Shown: positions 1 to 10,045, counted from the first letter of the stretch. The stretch: DNA of 64,000 nucleotides from a candidate division FCPU426 bacterium (GCA_963830915.1 CAWHOE010000064.1:32001-96000), one strand, 5' to 3'. Numbers and translations: made by a program. Notes: a model not told the origin generated them from the letters alone.

Positions 1-565
1 GAACAAGAAGCATGCCTACCACTAAAGTACAAGGAGCCGCCAAGCGGAGGGTCCAGAAGAATGGGACGCCGCGCAGATAACCAAGATAAAGCGGCGGACC
101 CAGAGGGATCAAACAAGCCGCGCAGTTGGAAACGATGAATATGAAAAATAGGACAATATGGACCTTATGCTTGCGGTGATGATTAGCGTGAAGAAGGGGA
201 CGAATGAGAAGGATACTAGCGCCCAGGGCGCCTAGAAGGTTCGACAACAACGAGCCCAACGCCAGGAAAAGAGCGTTCACCCAGGGATATCCGGCGAACG
301 CGCCAGAGATGTGGATACCGCCCGAGATCGTGAAAAGGGCGCCTAAAAGAACGATGAAAGACAAATAATCAAAATAAGTATCCAGGATCTTGGAGGGGTC
401 AGCGGATGAATAAAGAAAAAGGAGTACACCAGTGGCAGCGCAGACAAAAGACAAAAAAAACTTGTTCCCCATCCTTTCCCACCATCGTGCGGTTATGGGA
501 ATGAATGGCAAAAACGCGATACAAGCCAATAGGAATATGAACGGAACAAAAGAGAGGACTGTCAT
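1..565 (-). CDS. Putative sodium:proton antiporter / ion-transporter (IT) superfamily membrane protein, runs off the left edge
   Basis: Not in ORF track; manual translation from ATG at 565 gives MTVLSFVPFIFLLACIAFLP...FIVLLGALFTISGGIHISG...RKHKVHIVLFFIFIVSN...GPPLYLGYLRGVPFFWT, hydrophobic with motifs typical of this family. Confidence 0.75.
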   Translation of the reverse strand, partial: MTVLSFVPFIFLLACIAFLPFIPITARWWERMGNKFFLSFVCAATGVLLFLYSSADPSKILDTYFDYLSFIVLLGALFTISGGIHISGAFAGYPWVNALFLALGSLLSNLLGALGASILLIRPLLHANHHRKHKVHIVLFFIFIVSNCAACLIPLGPPLYLGYLRGVPFFWTLRLAAPCTLVVGMLLV

Positions 566-662
566 GTGCCTGCCCTTCGTCCTTTGAAAAATGTCAAATC
601 CACTCTTCATCCTTAACGGTTAATTAACTCGCCTGACTTAAAACATAATACCGGGAAAAACA

Positions 663-694
663 CAAAGGGCCCACTCGTTTGGGTGGGCCCTTTG
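663..694 (-). terminator. Intrinsic terminator after APC-PII gene
   Basis: CAAAGGGCCCACTC/GGGTGGGCCCTTTG stem, followed by TGTTTTT on the minus strand. Confidence 0.75.
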
Positions 695-729
695 CTTTAT
701 ACCTTAATTGGTAGAACTAAATCCTCTTG

Positions 730-2691
730 TTAAACCGCCGCGATCCCTGTTTCCCCGGTCCTAACACGGATCGTCTCATCCGTTCGGGTGACGAATATCT
801 TACCGTCTCCCTTGTTACCGGTATTCAGGATCTCCTGCATCACATCCAGGACGTGCGGTACATCCCACTCGTTAACGACCACATCCACCCTGATCTTGGG
901 CAGGAACTTCACCTTGCTCGGAGCGTCATCGGTCTTGGAACCTTTCGTGCGCCCGAAACCCTTGACCTCGGTGATGGTCATCCCTTGCACTAGCTGCTCG
1001 CTGTTCAAGGCTTCAGCCAAGTTGTCCAAAGTGTCCGGCTTGATGATGGCCGTGATGGTCTTCATCCCGTGCGATTTCAAGGTCGACGTCGCGAAGACGT
1101 ATAGGCCCCAGACCGCGAGCCAGCCGCCGGCGATATAGACGAAGATCTTGGCCTCGTTCTGCGAATCGGCGTTACCGATGGTGTAGAGGTAGATGATGGC
1201 GGCGCACATCGCGACATTCATCAAAAGCCCCAGGAACGGTATCAAGGCGTGCTTGAAGAGGCTGAAATCCTTGCGTCTTTTGTAGGCGATATAGGTCCAG
1301 ATACAGACCGCGCCGTAAAGAACGAAAGTGCCGAAGTTCGAAGCCAGAGTGATACCTGTCAAGCCCACGATCGACTGACAGCCGATGGTGGCGATGACGC
1401 AGGAAACCACGACCAGCAGCCAGATGGCGGTGTGAGGCGAGGCGTTCTGGCGGTGGATAAAGCCCAGGAATTGGGGAAGTTCCCTATCCTCGGCCATACC
1501 GTTCGTCACGCGGACAGCGGTGTTGATACAAGCCAGGGTCGTCCCGATGACAGCGATGGCGACCGTGATGGCCATGGTGATCATCAAGATGAATCCCAAG
1601 TGACCGAACAGACTGTTACCCAAGAGAACCGCCATATCGCCGATCGGGGCGCTGGAAGCGACCATCGCGTCCATACCCGTGACGATCTTGGTGGTGGCGG
1701 GAGCGGCCGCGACGGCCGCGATGGCCGGCATGGTAACCCCGGCGGAAGTCACTGTAGCCGCCTGAGCCGCGACAGCGGCGACAGCGGGAACAGCGACCGT
1801 GCCTGTCAGTTTCTCACTGACCATCATGTTGGCGGCGAAATACTCGTACAGATAGGACAAAAGTCCCTGGACGACGAGAGCCACGATGATGGCTTTCGGG
1901 ATGTTCTTTTCAGGCTGTTTGGTCTCAGCGGCAAGGGCGGTTGAGCTCTCGAAACCCACCAGGATCAGGATGGCCACGGTCGATTGGACCAGCACCCCTT
2001 TGATCGAGTGGAATTTCACGATATCGAAGCCACCGCTGAAAGCCCAGGTGGTAGCGTGATCCGGATTGGCGAAACGATAATAGATAGCCAATGCCCCGAA
2101 GATCACCAAGGTCACCCATTGGATGATATTGCCCCAATAGTTGGCGGCCGTGGAACCTTGCACGCCCTTATAGGCGATGATGCCCGTGACCACCGCGAAA
2201 GCGTAGGCCACGACCAGTTCCCACATGATGGTCATGGTTTGACCGGTGACGGCGTTGAACACGTAAGCCGCCAGGGTCGCCATGAAGGCCACCATGACAC
2301 CGGGATAAACCCAGTAGAACAAATGGGCGGCCCAGCCGGTGATCAGCTTGGCGATACGGGCCATGGATGTCGGGCCCGGACGTTTCAAGTTCTGATCATC
2401 GATGAAAGCTTTCTCGGCGAAATAGACGCAGCTCGCGAAACCCGCTTCCGGGTATATCTTCGCTAACTCGGCGTAGGAGAAGGCCGTCAGGAAGGCCAGG
2501 ACCAACGCGACGAGAATGCCTGCCCACATATCGCTGGCGCAGGAAGCTCCATCCGGTGTAGTGGCGGCCGCTTGGACCTGATAAGTGATCCATAAAAAAG
2601 CGCCCGGTGCGATCAGCGCCATAGCGTTGATAGCCGCCCCTTTCCAGTCAAGTACCCGGGTGACTAAAGATTGCTGTTCTGTCTTTGCCAT
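730..2691 (-). CDS. APC-family amino acid/amine permease fused to a C-terminal PII (GlnB/GlnK-like) domain
   Basis: About 12 TM helices with APC motifs (SYAELAK, LVGFESSTALAAETKQP); C-terminal ~110 aa MKTITAIIKP...GMTITEVKGFGR...GDGKIFV...IRVRTGE is PII-like. Confidence 0.9.
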   Translation of the reverse strand: MAKTEQQSLVTRVLDWKGAAINAMALIAPGAFLWITYQVQAAATTPDGASCASDMWAGILVALVLAFLTAFSYAELAKIYPEAGFASCVYFAEKAFIDDQNLKRPGPTSMARIAKLITGWAAHLFYWVYPGVMVAFMATLAAYVFNAVTGQTMTIMWELVVAYAFAVVTGIIAYKGVQGSTAANYWGNIIQWVTLVIFGALAIYYRFANPDHATTWAFSGGFDIVKFHSIKGVLVQSTVAILILVGFESSTALAAETKQPEKNIPKAIIVALVVQGLLSYLYEYFAANMMVSEKLTGTVAVPAVAAVAAQAATVTSAGVTMPAIAAVAAAPATTKIVTGMDAMVASSAPIGDMAVLLGNSLFGHLGFILMITMAITVAIAVIGTTLACINTAVRVTNGMAEDRELPQFLGFIHRQNASPHTAIWLLVVVSCVIATIGCQSIVGLTGITLASNFGTFVLYGAVCIWTYIAYKRRKDFSLFKHALIPFLGLLMNVAMCAAIIYLYTIGNADSQNEAKIFVYIAGGWLAVWGLYVFATSTLKSHGMKTITAIIKPDTLDNLAEALNSEQLVQGMTITEVKGFGRTKGSKTDDAPSKVKFLPKIRVDVVVNEWDVPHVLDVMQEILNTGNKGDGKIFVTRTDETIRVRTGETGIAAV

Positions 2692-2739
2692 TTCATTCCT
2701 CCCTAAATCGAATTACTGCTATGAACGAGTAGGGGTTAA

Positions 2740-2756
2740 AGCAATGGTCGTGCCAG
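2740..2756 (-). promoter_or_regulatory. Sigma54 (-24/-12) promoter for APC-PII gene
   Basis: Minus strand CTGGCACGACCATTGCT matches TGGCACG-N4-TTGC(A/T), about 50 nt upstream of the ATG and GGAGG RBS. Confidence 0.85.
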
Positions 2757-3027
2757 TTTGGAAAATGTTAGGATTTGTTTTTTTATGGGCCTAATCATGC
2801 GAAAAACAAAGAAATCCATTTGTAAAAAACGGCTATATTAGTAAATTAAGTCAATATATGTAGGTTAATACAATATTGTAGTCTTTCGTTCGTCTTGGGT
2901 TTTTGGCTTTTTTGGAAGTCTTGAAGAACATTCTCCACTTCTAAAATCCTACACAGGATCGGTTCAAAACACTTAATAGGCCCGACAATTATTTGCGTCA
3001 TTTCCCTTCCCCCGCTAAGCTGTGCCG

Positions 3028-3633
3028 ATGGATCCCAGTTATTTCAACCTGCATATTGACCAGAATCTCTTTTTTATAACTTTCGGCATCATTTTTTTAG
3101 CTGAATTGCCCGATAAAACCGCTCTAGCTATCCTGATCATGGCCAGTCAAAAAAATCCGGTCGCGGTTTTCCTGGGAGTATGTGGCGCTTTCTTTATCCA
3201 GAACATCATCGCGGTTCTCTTCGGGAGCCTGTTCGGCTTTTTGCCCCCCCAGATAGTCCACGTGTGTTCCGGGATACTTTTTTTGATCTTCGCTTACTTG
3301 ATGTGGAAACAAAGGGAGGAAAAGCCGAATAAAAAAACCTTACCCGTCAAAGGGTTCTTTTTGAAAACCATATGGTCTTCTTTTATCGTCATCTTCATCG
3401 CCGAATGGGGGGACTTGACCCAACTAGCCGCCGCTACCTTGATCGCGAAAACCCATCAACCTGTAACAATATTTTTATCCGCGACCTTAGCGCTTTGGAC
3501 TACGACCGGTTTCGCTGTTTTAATAGGCACCCAAGTCAAAAAGATCATTCGGCCCCACATCCTACAAACGATCGCCGCTTTCGTTTTCGCAATTGTGGGA
3601 TTGGTCCTGTTATTCGAGGTTTTTGCTCGGTAA
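3028..3633 (+). CDS. TMEM165/GDT1 (UPF0016) Mn2+/Ca2+ transporter
   Basis: Two E-x-G-D-like repeats (AELPDKT, AEWGDLTQ), six TM segments; ORF track starts at GTG 3022. Confidence 0.88.
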   Translation: MDPSYFNLHIDQNLFFITFGIIFLAELPDKTALAILIMASQKNPVAVFLGVCGAFFIQNIIAVLFGSLFGFLPPQIVHVCSGILFLIFAYLMWKQREEKPNKKTLPVKGFFLKTIWSSFIVIFIAEWGDLTQLAAATLIAKTHQPVTIFLSATLALWTTTGFAVLIGTQVKKIIRPHILQTIAAFVFAIVGLVLLFEVFAR

Positions 3634-3720
3634 TATTCAGGGCTTTTTAGCTGGTGGGATTTTCACTAACTTGGAAATTCAACTCGAAGCAACTTCCAAT
3701 GAACACCATTATTTTATTTA

Positions 3721-3861
<141 letters not shown>

Positions 3862-4234
3862 ATTAATTAGTTCCTGTTTAACAATATGCGTTTGTCGTTT
3901 CAACCATTTCTCTTTTAACATCGCTTCGGATTGGGTTTTAACAGGGATGGTCAGGACTAATTCAACAGGTAACCGGTTCTTTGTGTATCTTGCGCCACGT
4001 CCTGAAGAATGGCGTTCTAGCCGTTCCACAATATCTTCAGTTATACCAGTGTAATAAGATCCATCAGAACACTTTAAAAGATAAACAACCCAAGACAAAT
4101 GCATTCTCCGTAAATATTGACGATTTGGAATAGGTTTGACTGTTCGTGAGATTTCTTATCTATCCCCTATTCGGGGACACCTTCAACGTTATTTATTATT
4201 CAGAGCTCTGCTTCCGCCATTATTCCCTTGGAAT

Positions 4235-4327
<93 letters not shown>

Positions 4328-4494
4328 GTAAAAAAACAAAGGCGAGGTTCCCCTCGCCCCAATAAACCCCACTATCGACATGGCATAAAAATTGGTGCCC
4401 CAATGGGTCATTGGAAACTTACCAATGTTACCATTGGGACGTACCCATTTCCTTTAACTTTGGAACCCTGCTGGTTCCAACACTAAAGAAAAAT

Positions 4495-4570
4495 TGGTGG
4501 AGATGAGCGGGATCGAACCGCTGACCTTCTCGTTGCGAACGAGACGCTCTCCCAACTGAGCTACATCCCC
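4495..4570 (-). tRNA. tRNA-Ala(CGC)
   Basis: 76 nt cloverleaf GGGGATGTAGCTCAG...TCTCG TTCGCAA CGAGA...GGTTCGATCC...CCA, G3-U70 pair. Confidence 0.97.
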
Positions 4571-4600
4571 ACTAGCGTCAAATTACGGATGCTTTCACAA

Positions 4601-4662
4601 CCCTTCGACTTGCTCAAGGTACCCCCAACCTGCCCTGAGGGGCGCTTCGCGCCATCGAAGGG
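4601..4662. repeat. REP-like palindromic element
   Basis: CCCTTCGA...TCGAAGGG terminal inverted repeat with internal GGCGCTTCGCGCC hairpin, lying between two copies of the tRNA-Ala 5' end and leader. Confidence 0.55.
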
Positions 4663-4714
4663 CTGAGCTACATCCCCACTGGCATCAAAAACTACGAATA
4701 TCTTCTCAAAACCA

Positions 4715-5179
4715 TCATCTGTCTTTCTGACGTAAAGCCTTAAAAAAACCGCTCAAGATACCCGCGCATTCTTCCTTTAATATACCGCTGAAGACTTTTA
4801 CCTTGTGATTCAATTTTTCATTGTCCAGAACCCTGGCCGTACTGGCCACCGCGCCCGCCTTAGGGTCTTCTGTACCAAAAACCAGGCGCCGAATCCTTGA
4901 TAAGGCAATGGCCCCCGCGCACATCGTGCAGGGTTCCAGGGTGACGTAAAGGTCACAATCATTCAAACGCCAGCTTTTAAGCCGTTTGGCGGCTTTGGCC
5001 AAGGCCACCATCTCCGCGTGCACTAGGGCGCTTTTTTTTCGTTCGGTCTGGTTATGCCCTCGGGCAAGGACCTTGCCTTCCCGGACCACCACCGCCCCAA
5101 CCGGCACTTCACTTTCAGCCGAAGCTTTATTCGCTTCCTTTAATGCTAACTTCATGAATTTTTCGTCAATATTGTTCAA
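4715..5179 (-). CDS. tadA: tRNA adenosine(34) deaminase
   Basis: EVPVGAV, HAE, TLEPCTMCAGA, DPKAGA motifs. Confidence 0.95.
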   Translation of the reverse strand: MNNIDEKFMKLALKEANKASAESEVPVGAVVVREGKVLARGHNQTERKKSALVHAEMVALAKAAKRLKSWRLNDCDLYVTLEPCTMCAGAIALSRIRRLVFGTEDPKAGAVASTARVLDNEKLNHKVKVFSGILKEECAGILSGFFKALRQKDR

Positions 5180-5269
5180 AGGTAATTATTTTCCAATTTT
5201 ACATTCACCGCTGGGACATACCATTTTCCTTTAATTCAGGAACCTTAGGTTCCTGATCCATAGAAAAAA

Positions 5270-5346
5270 TGGTGCGCCCGGAAGGATTCGAACCTTCAAC
5301 CTTCTGATCCGTAGTCAGATGCTCTATCCAGTTGAGCCACGGGCGC
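5270..5346 (-). tRNA. tRNA-Arg(ACG)
   Basis: 77 nt cloverleaf, anticodon arm TCTGA CTACGGA TCAGA, encoded CCA. Confidence 0.97.
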
Positions 5347-5485
5347 GCTATTTCTATACAACCACAAGACGGGGGAAAAGACAGGTATATTACTCAAAAG
5401 GCCAATTTTATCGCAAGTAATAAAGAGCCTTGGCAGGTTCTTTTCGACGTCTTAATAACCCCATTTCCATTATAATCTCACCCCC

Positions 5486-5660
5486 ACCGCTGGATGGAAA
5501 TCCCATTCCTAATTCGATAGGATGGGGTTACGCGCCCCGGCGTGGAAGTCGGGCCCTATACGGCGAGCCGGCCCCAACTCCGCTAGGTCCGGAAGGAAGC
5601 AACGGTCAGGCCTGTGTTCGGGTGTTGTAGGTCACCTGGCTTCCACGACGGGACGCGTGG
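5486..5660 (+). ncRNA. ffs: Signal recognition particle RNA
   Basis: Helix-8 signature CCGCTAGGTCC-GGAA-GGAAGCAACGG; long closing helix ACGCGCCCCGGCGTGGAAGTCGGG / CCTGGCTTCCACGACGGGACGCGT; TATAAT at 5471; usual position upstream of dnaX; ends approximate. Confidence 0.88.
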
Positions 5661-5748
5661 TTCTATAGAACGAATATCGAGTTTAAGCTGTTGTGTTTTG
5701 GGTCGTTCGCTCAAAACCCCGAGATCAAAACTCTTCCGAAGGAAGTTT

Positions 5749-7474
5749 ATGCCGCAAGTCATGGCTCTCAAATGGCGCCCCCAGGTCTTCGCTGATATGG
5801 TCGGGCAGGAACATATCACCCGCACCCTTCAGAACGCGATGAGCCTCAACCGGGTGGCCCACGCTTATATCTTCGCAGGACCCCGGGGAGTGGGAAAGAC
5901 CACGACCGCCCGCATCTTCGCCAAAGCCCTTAACTGCCGGGACCTGAAGAACGGCGAGCCCTGCAACACCTGCGACATCTGCCAGGATGTCAACCAGGGA
6001 ACCTCCATGGATGTCATCGAGATCGATTCCGCCTCGGTCAACGGGGTGGACGGTATCCGTGCCCTGCAGGAACAAGTCGGGACTTACCCGGCCAAGGGCA
6101 AATATAAAGTGTACATCTTCGACGAAGCGCACCGCATCACGCCCCAGGCCTTCGACGCTTTCCTGAAGAACGTTGGAAGAACCTCCCGAGCACGTCATCT
6201 TCATCCTGGCCTCTACCGAGATCCATAAGTTCCCGGCGACGGTCCAATCGCGTTGTCAAAGGTTCGAGTTCCGGTCCATGGGGATGGAGACCATCCTCAA
6301 ACAACTCCATCGCATCAGCGACTCGGAGAAGATCGAGATCGATGATAAGGCTTTATACCAAGTGGCCCGGTCCGCCGGCGGATCCATGCGTGACGCTCAG
6401 CGCACCTTAGACCAGGTCGTTGCTTTTTCGGGCAAGAAGGTCACCATCGATGACATCCGTATCGTGTTGGGAACGATTGAAGAGGAAGTCTTCCTCGGTC
6501 TGGTCGAGGCCACATTGGCTCAGGACGCCCCGAAGGGCTTGACCGTCTTAAGGAACGTCCTGGATGGAGGCAAGGACCTCGGCCATTTTTACAATGGTCT
6601 GCTGGAGACTTTCCGCCACCTGGCTGTCGCCAAAGCTTTTCCATCCTCCGCCGTCGAACTTATTCCCCTCTCCAAAGAAGAAGTGGGGAAACTGTCCGTT
6701 CTATCCTCCCAGATGGAGGAGGCCCAGATTCTTTCTTCCCTTCGGCTTTTGATCGAGCAGGAATGGGCCGTCCGTCATTCCAACAATCCTCAGATCGTGA
6801 TCGAGACCCTGGTGCTGGAGCTTTGCCGGATGAAACAGTTGGTCTCCGTGGGGGACCTACTCGGAAAAATGGAAAGCGGCGCTCCCATCCAAGTCCCGGC
6901 CATACCCCGTCCGTCCCCCGCTGTTGCCAAACCTTCTCCCACTCCGGCCCTGGTCGCCGCTTCACCCACTCCACCTGCCCCATTAGCCCAGGAAGGAGAA
7001 CCGGTCTTCGCGGTCGATGAGATCGAGGATGCGGTCGAAGCCGATAAGAATCCGGACATGGCCCGCTTGAAATCCCAATGGCGGGAGATCATCGAAAAGG
7101 CGGGAAAACAAAAAAAGATGCTGGAAGGGATCCTCATGGATACCCATCCCAAGAAGCTCGATGAGGGCACCCTGGTGCTGGTCTGCAAGGGAGCCTTCCA
7201 TCATGAACAGATCTCCAACCCCGAGAACAAAGCCTTGTTGGAACAGCTTCTGGCCGAGGTGGTTGGCCGCAAAATCACCCTGGTACCGGTCCTTCCGGAA
7301 GGCTCTGCCTCTCCGGGACAAGAACGTGCCACGGGGCCGAGAGCACCAAAGCCCCTTTCATCCCCAAAGGTGGACTTGAAAGAATTGGGCGAAAAAGATC
7401 CCTTGGTCCTGGCCGCCATCAACATGTTCGGAGCCAAGATCGTGGAAGTTAAAAGGAACAATCCTCAAAAGTAA
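5749..7474 (+). CDS. dnaX: DNA polymerase III gamma/tau, with a one-base insertion near 6169 (probable assembly error)
   Basis: KWRPQVF, GPRGVGKTT, Zn-Cys cluster, DEAH, SRC; removing one A from CTGAAGAACGTTGGAA restores FLKTLEEPP. Confidence 0.95.
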
Positions 7475-7525
7475 TCCGGACTGGGTCGATCCCGGTCCCT
7501 GAAATACACCCTAACGGAGCCAACG

Positions 7526-7831
7526 ATGCAAGATATGATCAGCCTTTTTAGACAAGCCCAGGTCATGAAAGAAAAGATGTCCAAGTTCAAGGATGAGATG
7601 GAACACCAATTCTTCACCTCTTCCGCTGGAAACGGGGCAGTCACCGTCACCATCAACGGCAAACACGAGATCCAAAAGGTGGTCATCGACCCCAAGGCCC
7701 TGAATGACGCGGAAAAATTGCAGGAATACCTCAAGACCGCCATCAACCAGGCGGGCGATGAGGTGAACAAAAAGCTCAAGGAAGAAGTCAATAAAATGAC
7801 CGGCGGGCTGGGCATCCCTGGGCTTTTCTGA
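7526..7831 (+). CDS. ybaB: YbaB/EbfC nucleoid-associated protein
   Basis: SSAGNGAVTVTING, C-terminal TGGLGIPGLF; dnaX-ybaB-recR synteny. Confidence 0.93.
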   Translation: MQDMISLFRQAQVMKEKMSKFKDEMEHQFFTSSAGNGAVTVTINGKHEIQKVVIDPKALNDAEKLQEYLKTAINQAGDEVNKKLKEEVNKMTGGLGIPGLF

Positions 7832-7833
7832 CC

Positions 7834-8436
7834 ATGGCCGAGTATCCCCCCTCCCTGGAAAGGCTCTTTCACGAGTTGGAGAAGCTTCCCGGGATCGGTC
7901 CGCGCACGGCCCAACGCCTGGCTTTCCATCTCTTGAAACAACCTTCCGAAACTTCCCAGGCCCTCGCCAGGGGTCTGGTGGAGGCCCGCGCCAAGCTCCA
8001 TCCCTGCCGGGACTGTTTCAATCTGACCGAGGAAACCCTCTGCCGTATCTGCTCTTCCTCCAATCGTGATACCCATTCCCTTCTCGTCGTGGAAGATCCC
8101 AGCGATGTGGTGGCCTTTGAGCGCACCCATGAGTATCACGGGATGTATCACGTCCTGGGCGGTACCCTTTCCCCCCTGGAAGGACGGGGACCGAAGGACC
8201 TGACCCTGGATGCCCTGGTCGAGCGCGTAAAAAAGGCGGGTGTGTTCAAGGAAGTCATCGTGGCGACCGACCCGACCGTGGAAGGGGATTCCACCGCCCT
8301 CTATATACAACAGCTCTTGAATGATGTTCAGGTCAAGGTCACCCGCCTGGCCCGGGGTCTTCCATCTGGCGGCGATGTGGAATACGCGGACGAATCAACC
8401 CTCCTTAAAGCCCTGGAAGGGCGAAGAGAATTATAA
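7834..8436 (+). CDS. recR: Recombination protein RecR
   Basis: HhH LPGIGPRTAQRLA, C4 zinc finger, Toprim domain. Confidence 0.97.
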   Translation: MAEYPPSLERLFHELEKLPGIGPRTAQRLAFHLLKQPSETSQALARGLVEARAKLHPCRDCFNLTEETLCRICSSSNRDTHSLLVVEDPSDVVAFERTHEYHGMYHVLGGTLSPLEGRGPKDLTLDALVERVKKAGVFKEVIVATDPTVEGDSTALYIQQLLNDVQVKVTRLARGLPSGGDVEYADESTLLKALEGRREL

Positions 8437-8550
8437 AAAGTCGATTCTGTGCCAATTTCCGATGGGTTAACTTTCTTGCGACAGGCAATAAAAAGTCGGA
8501 AAATATAAATGTTGGTGATTGTCTATTTGAACCCAACCAGAGTTAATGTC

Positions 8551-8982
8551 ATGGTCAAGCCTATTGCATATATAACTTTTCTTTTGCTTGTTTGCTCTTT
8601 CAACCTCCGAGCGGAAACGAACCTTCCGCTCACACCCAATCCTTTTTTAACGCCAACTCCCCAAACTACCGATAAAACCATTCCTGTCATCCCAAAAAGT
8701 TCAGTCTTCAAGAAAAGTAAATCCATTCATTCCTCAAACACTTACACTTTGAAAAAAGGTTCGGGATCGGAAACTCCGTTCCTTCTAAGGAGTAAAGACT
8801 ATTATGAACATTTAAATGATGCTCTTTCCTCTTCGTTGAAATATTCAGCGCCAACCCCTACTTCGGATCAAAAATTATGGGGAACGCTCGCGGGGATAGC
8901 TTCCTATTCTTGCGCCGGGATCGCCGCGGCCCAATCATTGGGCGTGATCCCTTCAAGCAAGAACAAGGATAAAAAACAGTAG
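8551..8982 (+). CDS. Hypothetical exported protein
   Basis: Signal-peptide-like N-terminus ending LRA, Pro/Thr linker; start uncertain (8509 or 8551). Confidence 0.55.
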   Translation: MVKPIAYITFLLLVCSFNLRAETNLPLTPNPFLTPTPQTTDKTIPVIPKSSVFKKSKSIHSSNTYTLKKGSGSETPFLLRSKDYYEHLNDALSSSLKYSAPTPTSDQKLWGTLAGIASYSCAGIAAAQSLGVIPSSKNKDKKQ

Positions 8983-9020
8983 GATCCCAAGGGTCAAACC
9001 CCTTAAACACCTCTGGCTTA

Positions 9021-9956
9021 TCAGTGATCGAACCCGCCACCCGTGACCTGCCCCTCCTTCACCGTGAAGACCTGGTTGAAATGACGGTTGACCTGATCCT
9101 TGAAAAAATACGAATAGAACCTCATGTCCCAACAGGTCACCTTGACACTACCATCGGCCAATTTTTCCTCCGACCAGACCGGGACCCTGGAGAACCACAA
9201 GAATTTTTTTCCCTGAGGCGATTGAAAGACAGCGTTTATGTCGTTGTTCATTGGCGGAGTGCGCCATTCCTGCCACTCCAGCGGCTGGGCGCTCTTGAGA
9301 AAATCCAATCTCGCTCCCCTCAACAGTTCATCCTGCCGGTTGAAGGCTTCCCACCGGAAAGGGGACAGGGGTTGGGGAAAAGCCGCGCGCCAAGCCAGGG
9401 GTCTGTCCGTTTCCGCTACCTTCAAGGCCTTGAAGTGATTGTAAGCCGCCAGACCATGGTAGGCTCCGATCACCATTAGCCCTACCGCGCAGATAACCGC
9501 CCGCCGCTTATTGAAAAAAACGCTCAAGATGATGAACAACGCCAGACAGGCCGTGTACCAGAGATCGATGATGAACATCGTGTCGCCCGCGAAACGGGTA
9601 CGGGCGGGCCACAACAACATGGTTCCCCAGGAGGTGCACCAGTCGAGGAACAAATGGGACGCGACCCCCAATCCCGCCATGACGGACAAGGCCCCGAAGG
9701 TGGCCCGGTCGGCCTTTCGCTTGATGAAAAGCCAGGCCACCCAGGCCGAAAGAAGCGTGACCGGCAGGAACCCCAGGAAGGAATGGGTAAAACCCCGGTG
9801 TTCGGTAATGTAAGTGTCATGGCCCCAGAAAGTGAGGATGATGTCGATATCCGGGGCAAGCGCCCCCAATACGCAGGCCAGGACCAACCCTCTTTTATTC
9901 GAGGGGTTCGTCCGACCGATCAGGGTACCGGCAAGGGAATGGGCGACTGGATCCAT
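9021..9956 (-). CDS. YdjM-family membrane metal-dependent hydrolase
   Basis: MDPVAHSL, APDID, HRGFTHS, SHLFLD motifs. Confidence 0.88.
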   Translation of the reverse strand: MDPVAHSLAGTLIGRTNPSNKRGLVLACVLGALAPDIDIILTFWGHDTYITEHRGFTHSFLGFLPVTLLSAWVAWLFIKRKADRATFGALSVMAGLGVASHLFLDWCTSWGTMLLWPARTRFAGDTMFIIDLWYTACLALFIILSVFFNKRRAVICAVGLMVIGAYHGLAAYNHFKALKVAETDRPLAWRAAFPQPLSPFRWEAFNRQDELLRGARLDFLKSAQPLEWQEWRTPPMNNDINAVFQSPQGKKFLWFSRVPVWSEEKLADGSVKVTCWDMRFYSYFFKDQVNRHFNQVFTVKEGQVTGGGFDH

Positions 9957-10045
9957 GAAAGCGATTTTATACATCTTTGTCCTGAAACTCCAACTAAGTC
10001 CAACTAAAATGACCGCTGGTCACAAATCCAATATCGGGAGTCCAT

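Noticed and set aside
2800..3025. yybP-ykoY Mn riboswitch upstream of the GDT1 gene
   Set aside because: AT-rich spacer with no recognisable four-way junction or GGGGAGTA motif
6160..6180. Programmed frameshift in dnaX giving gamma and tau
   Set aside because: The break is inside the AAA+ core (KTLEEP), not after domain III, and there is no A-AAA-AAG or long A-run slippery site; several similar indels occur elsewhere in the window
8438..8456. Sigma54 promoter on the minus strand (TGGCACAG)
   Set aside because: Lacks GC at -12 and points antisense into recR
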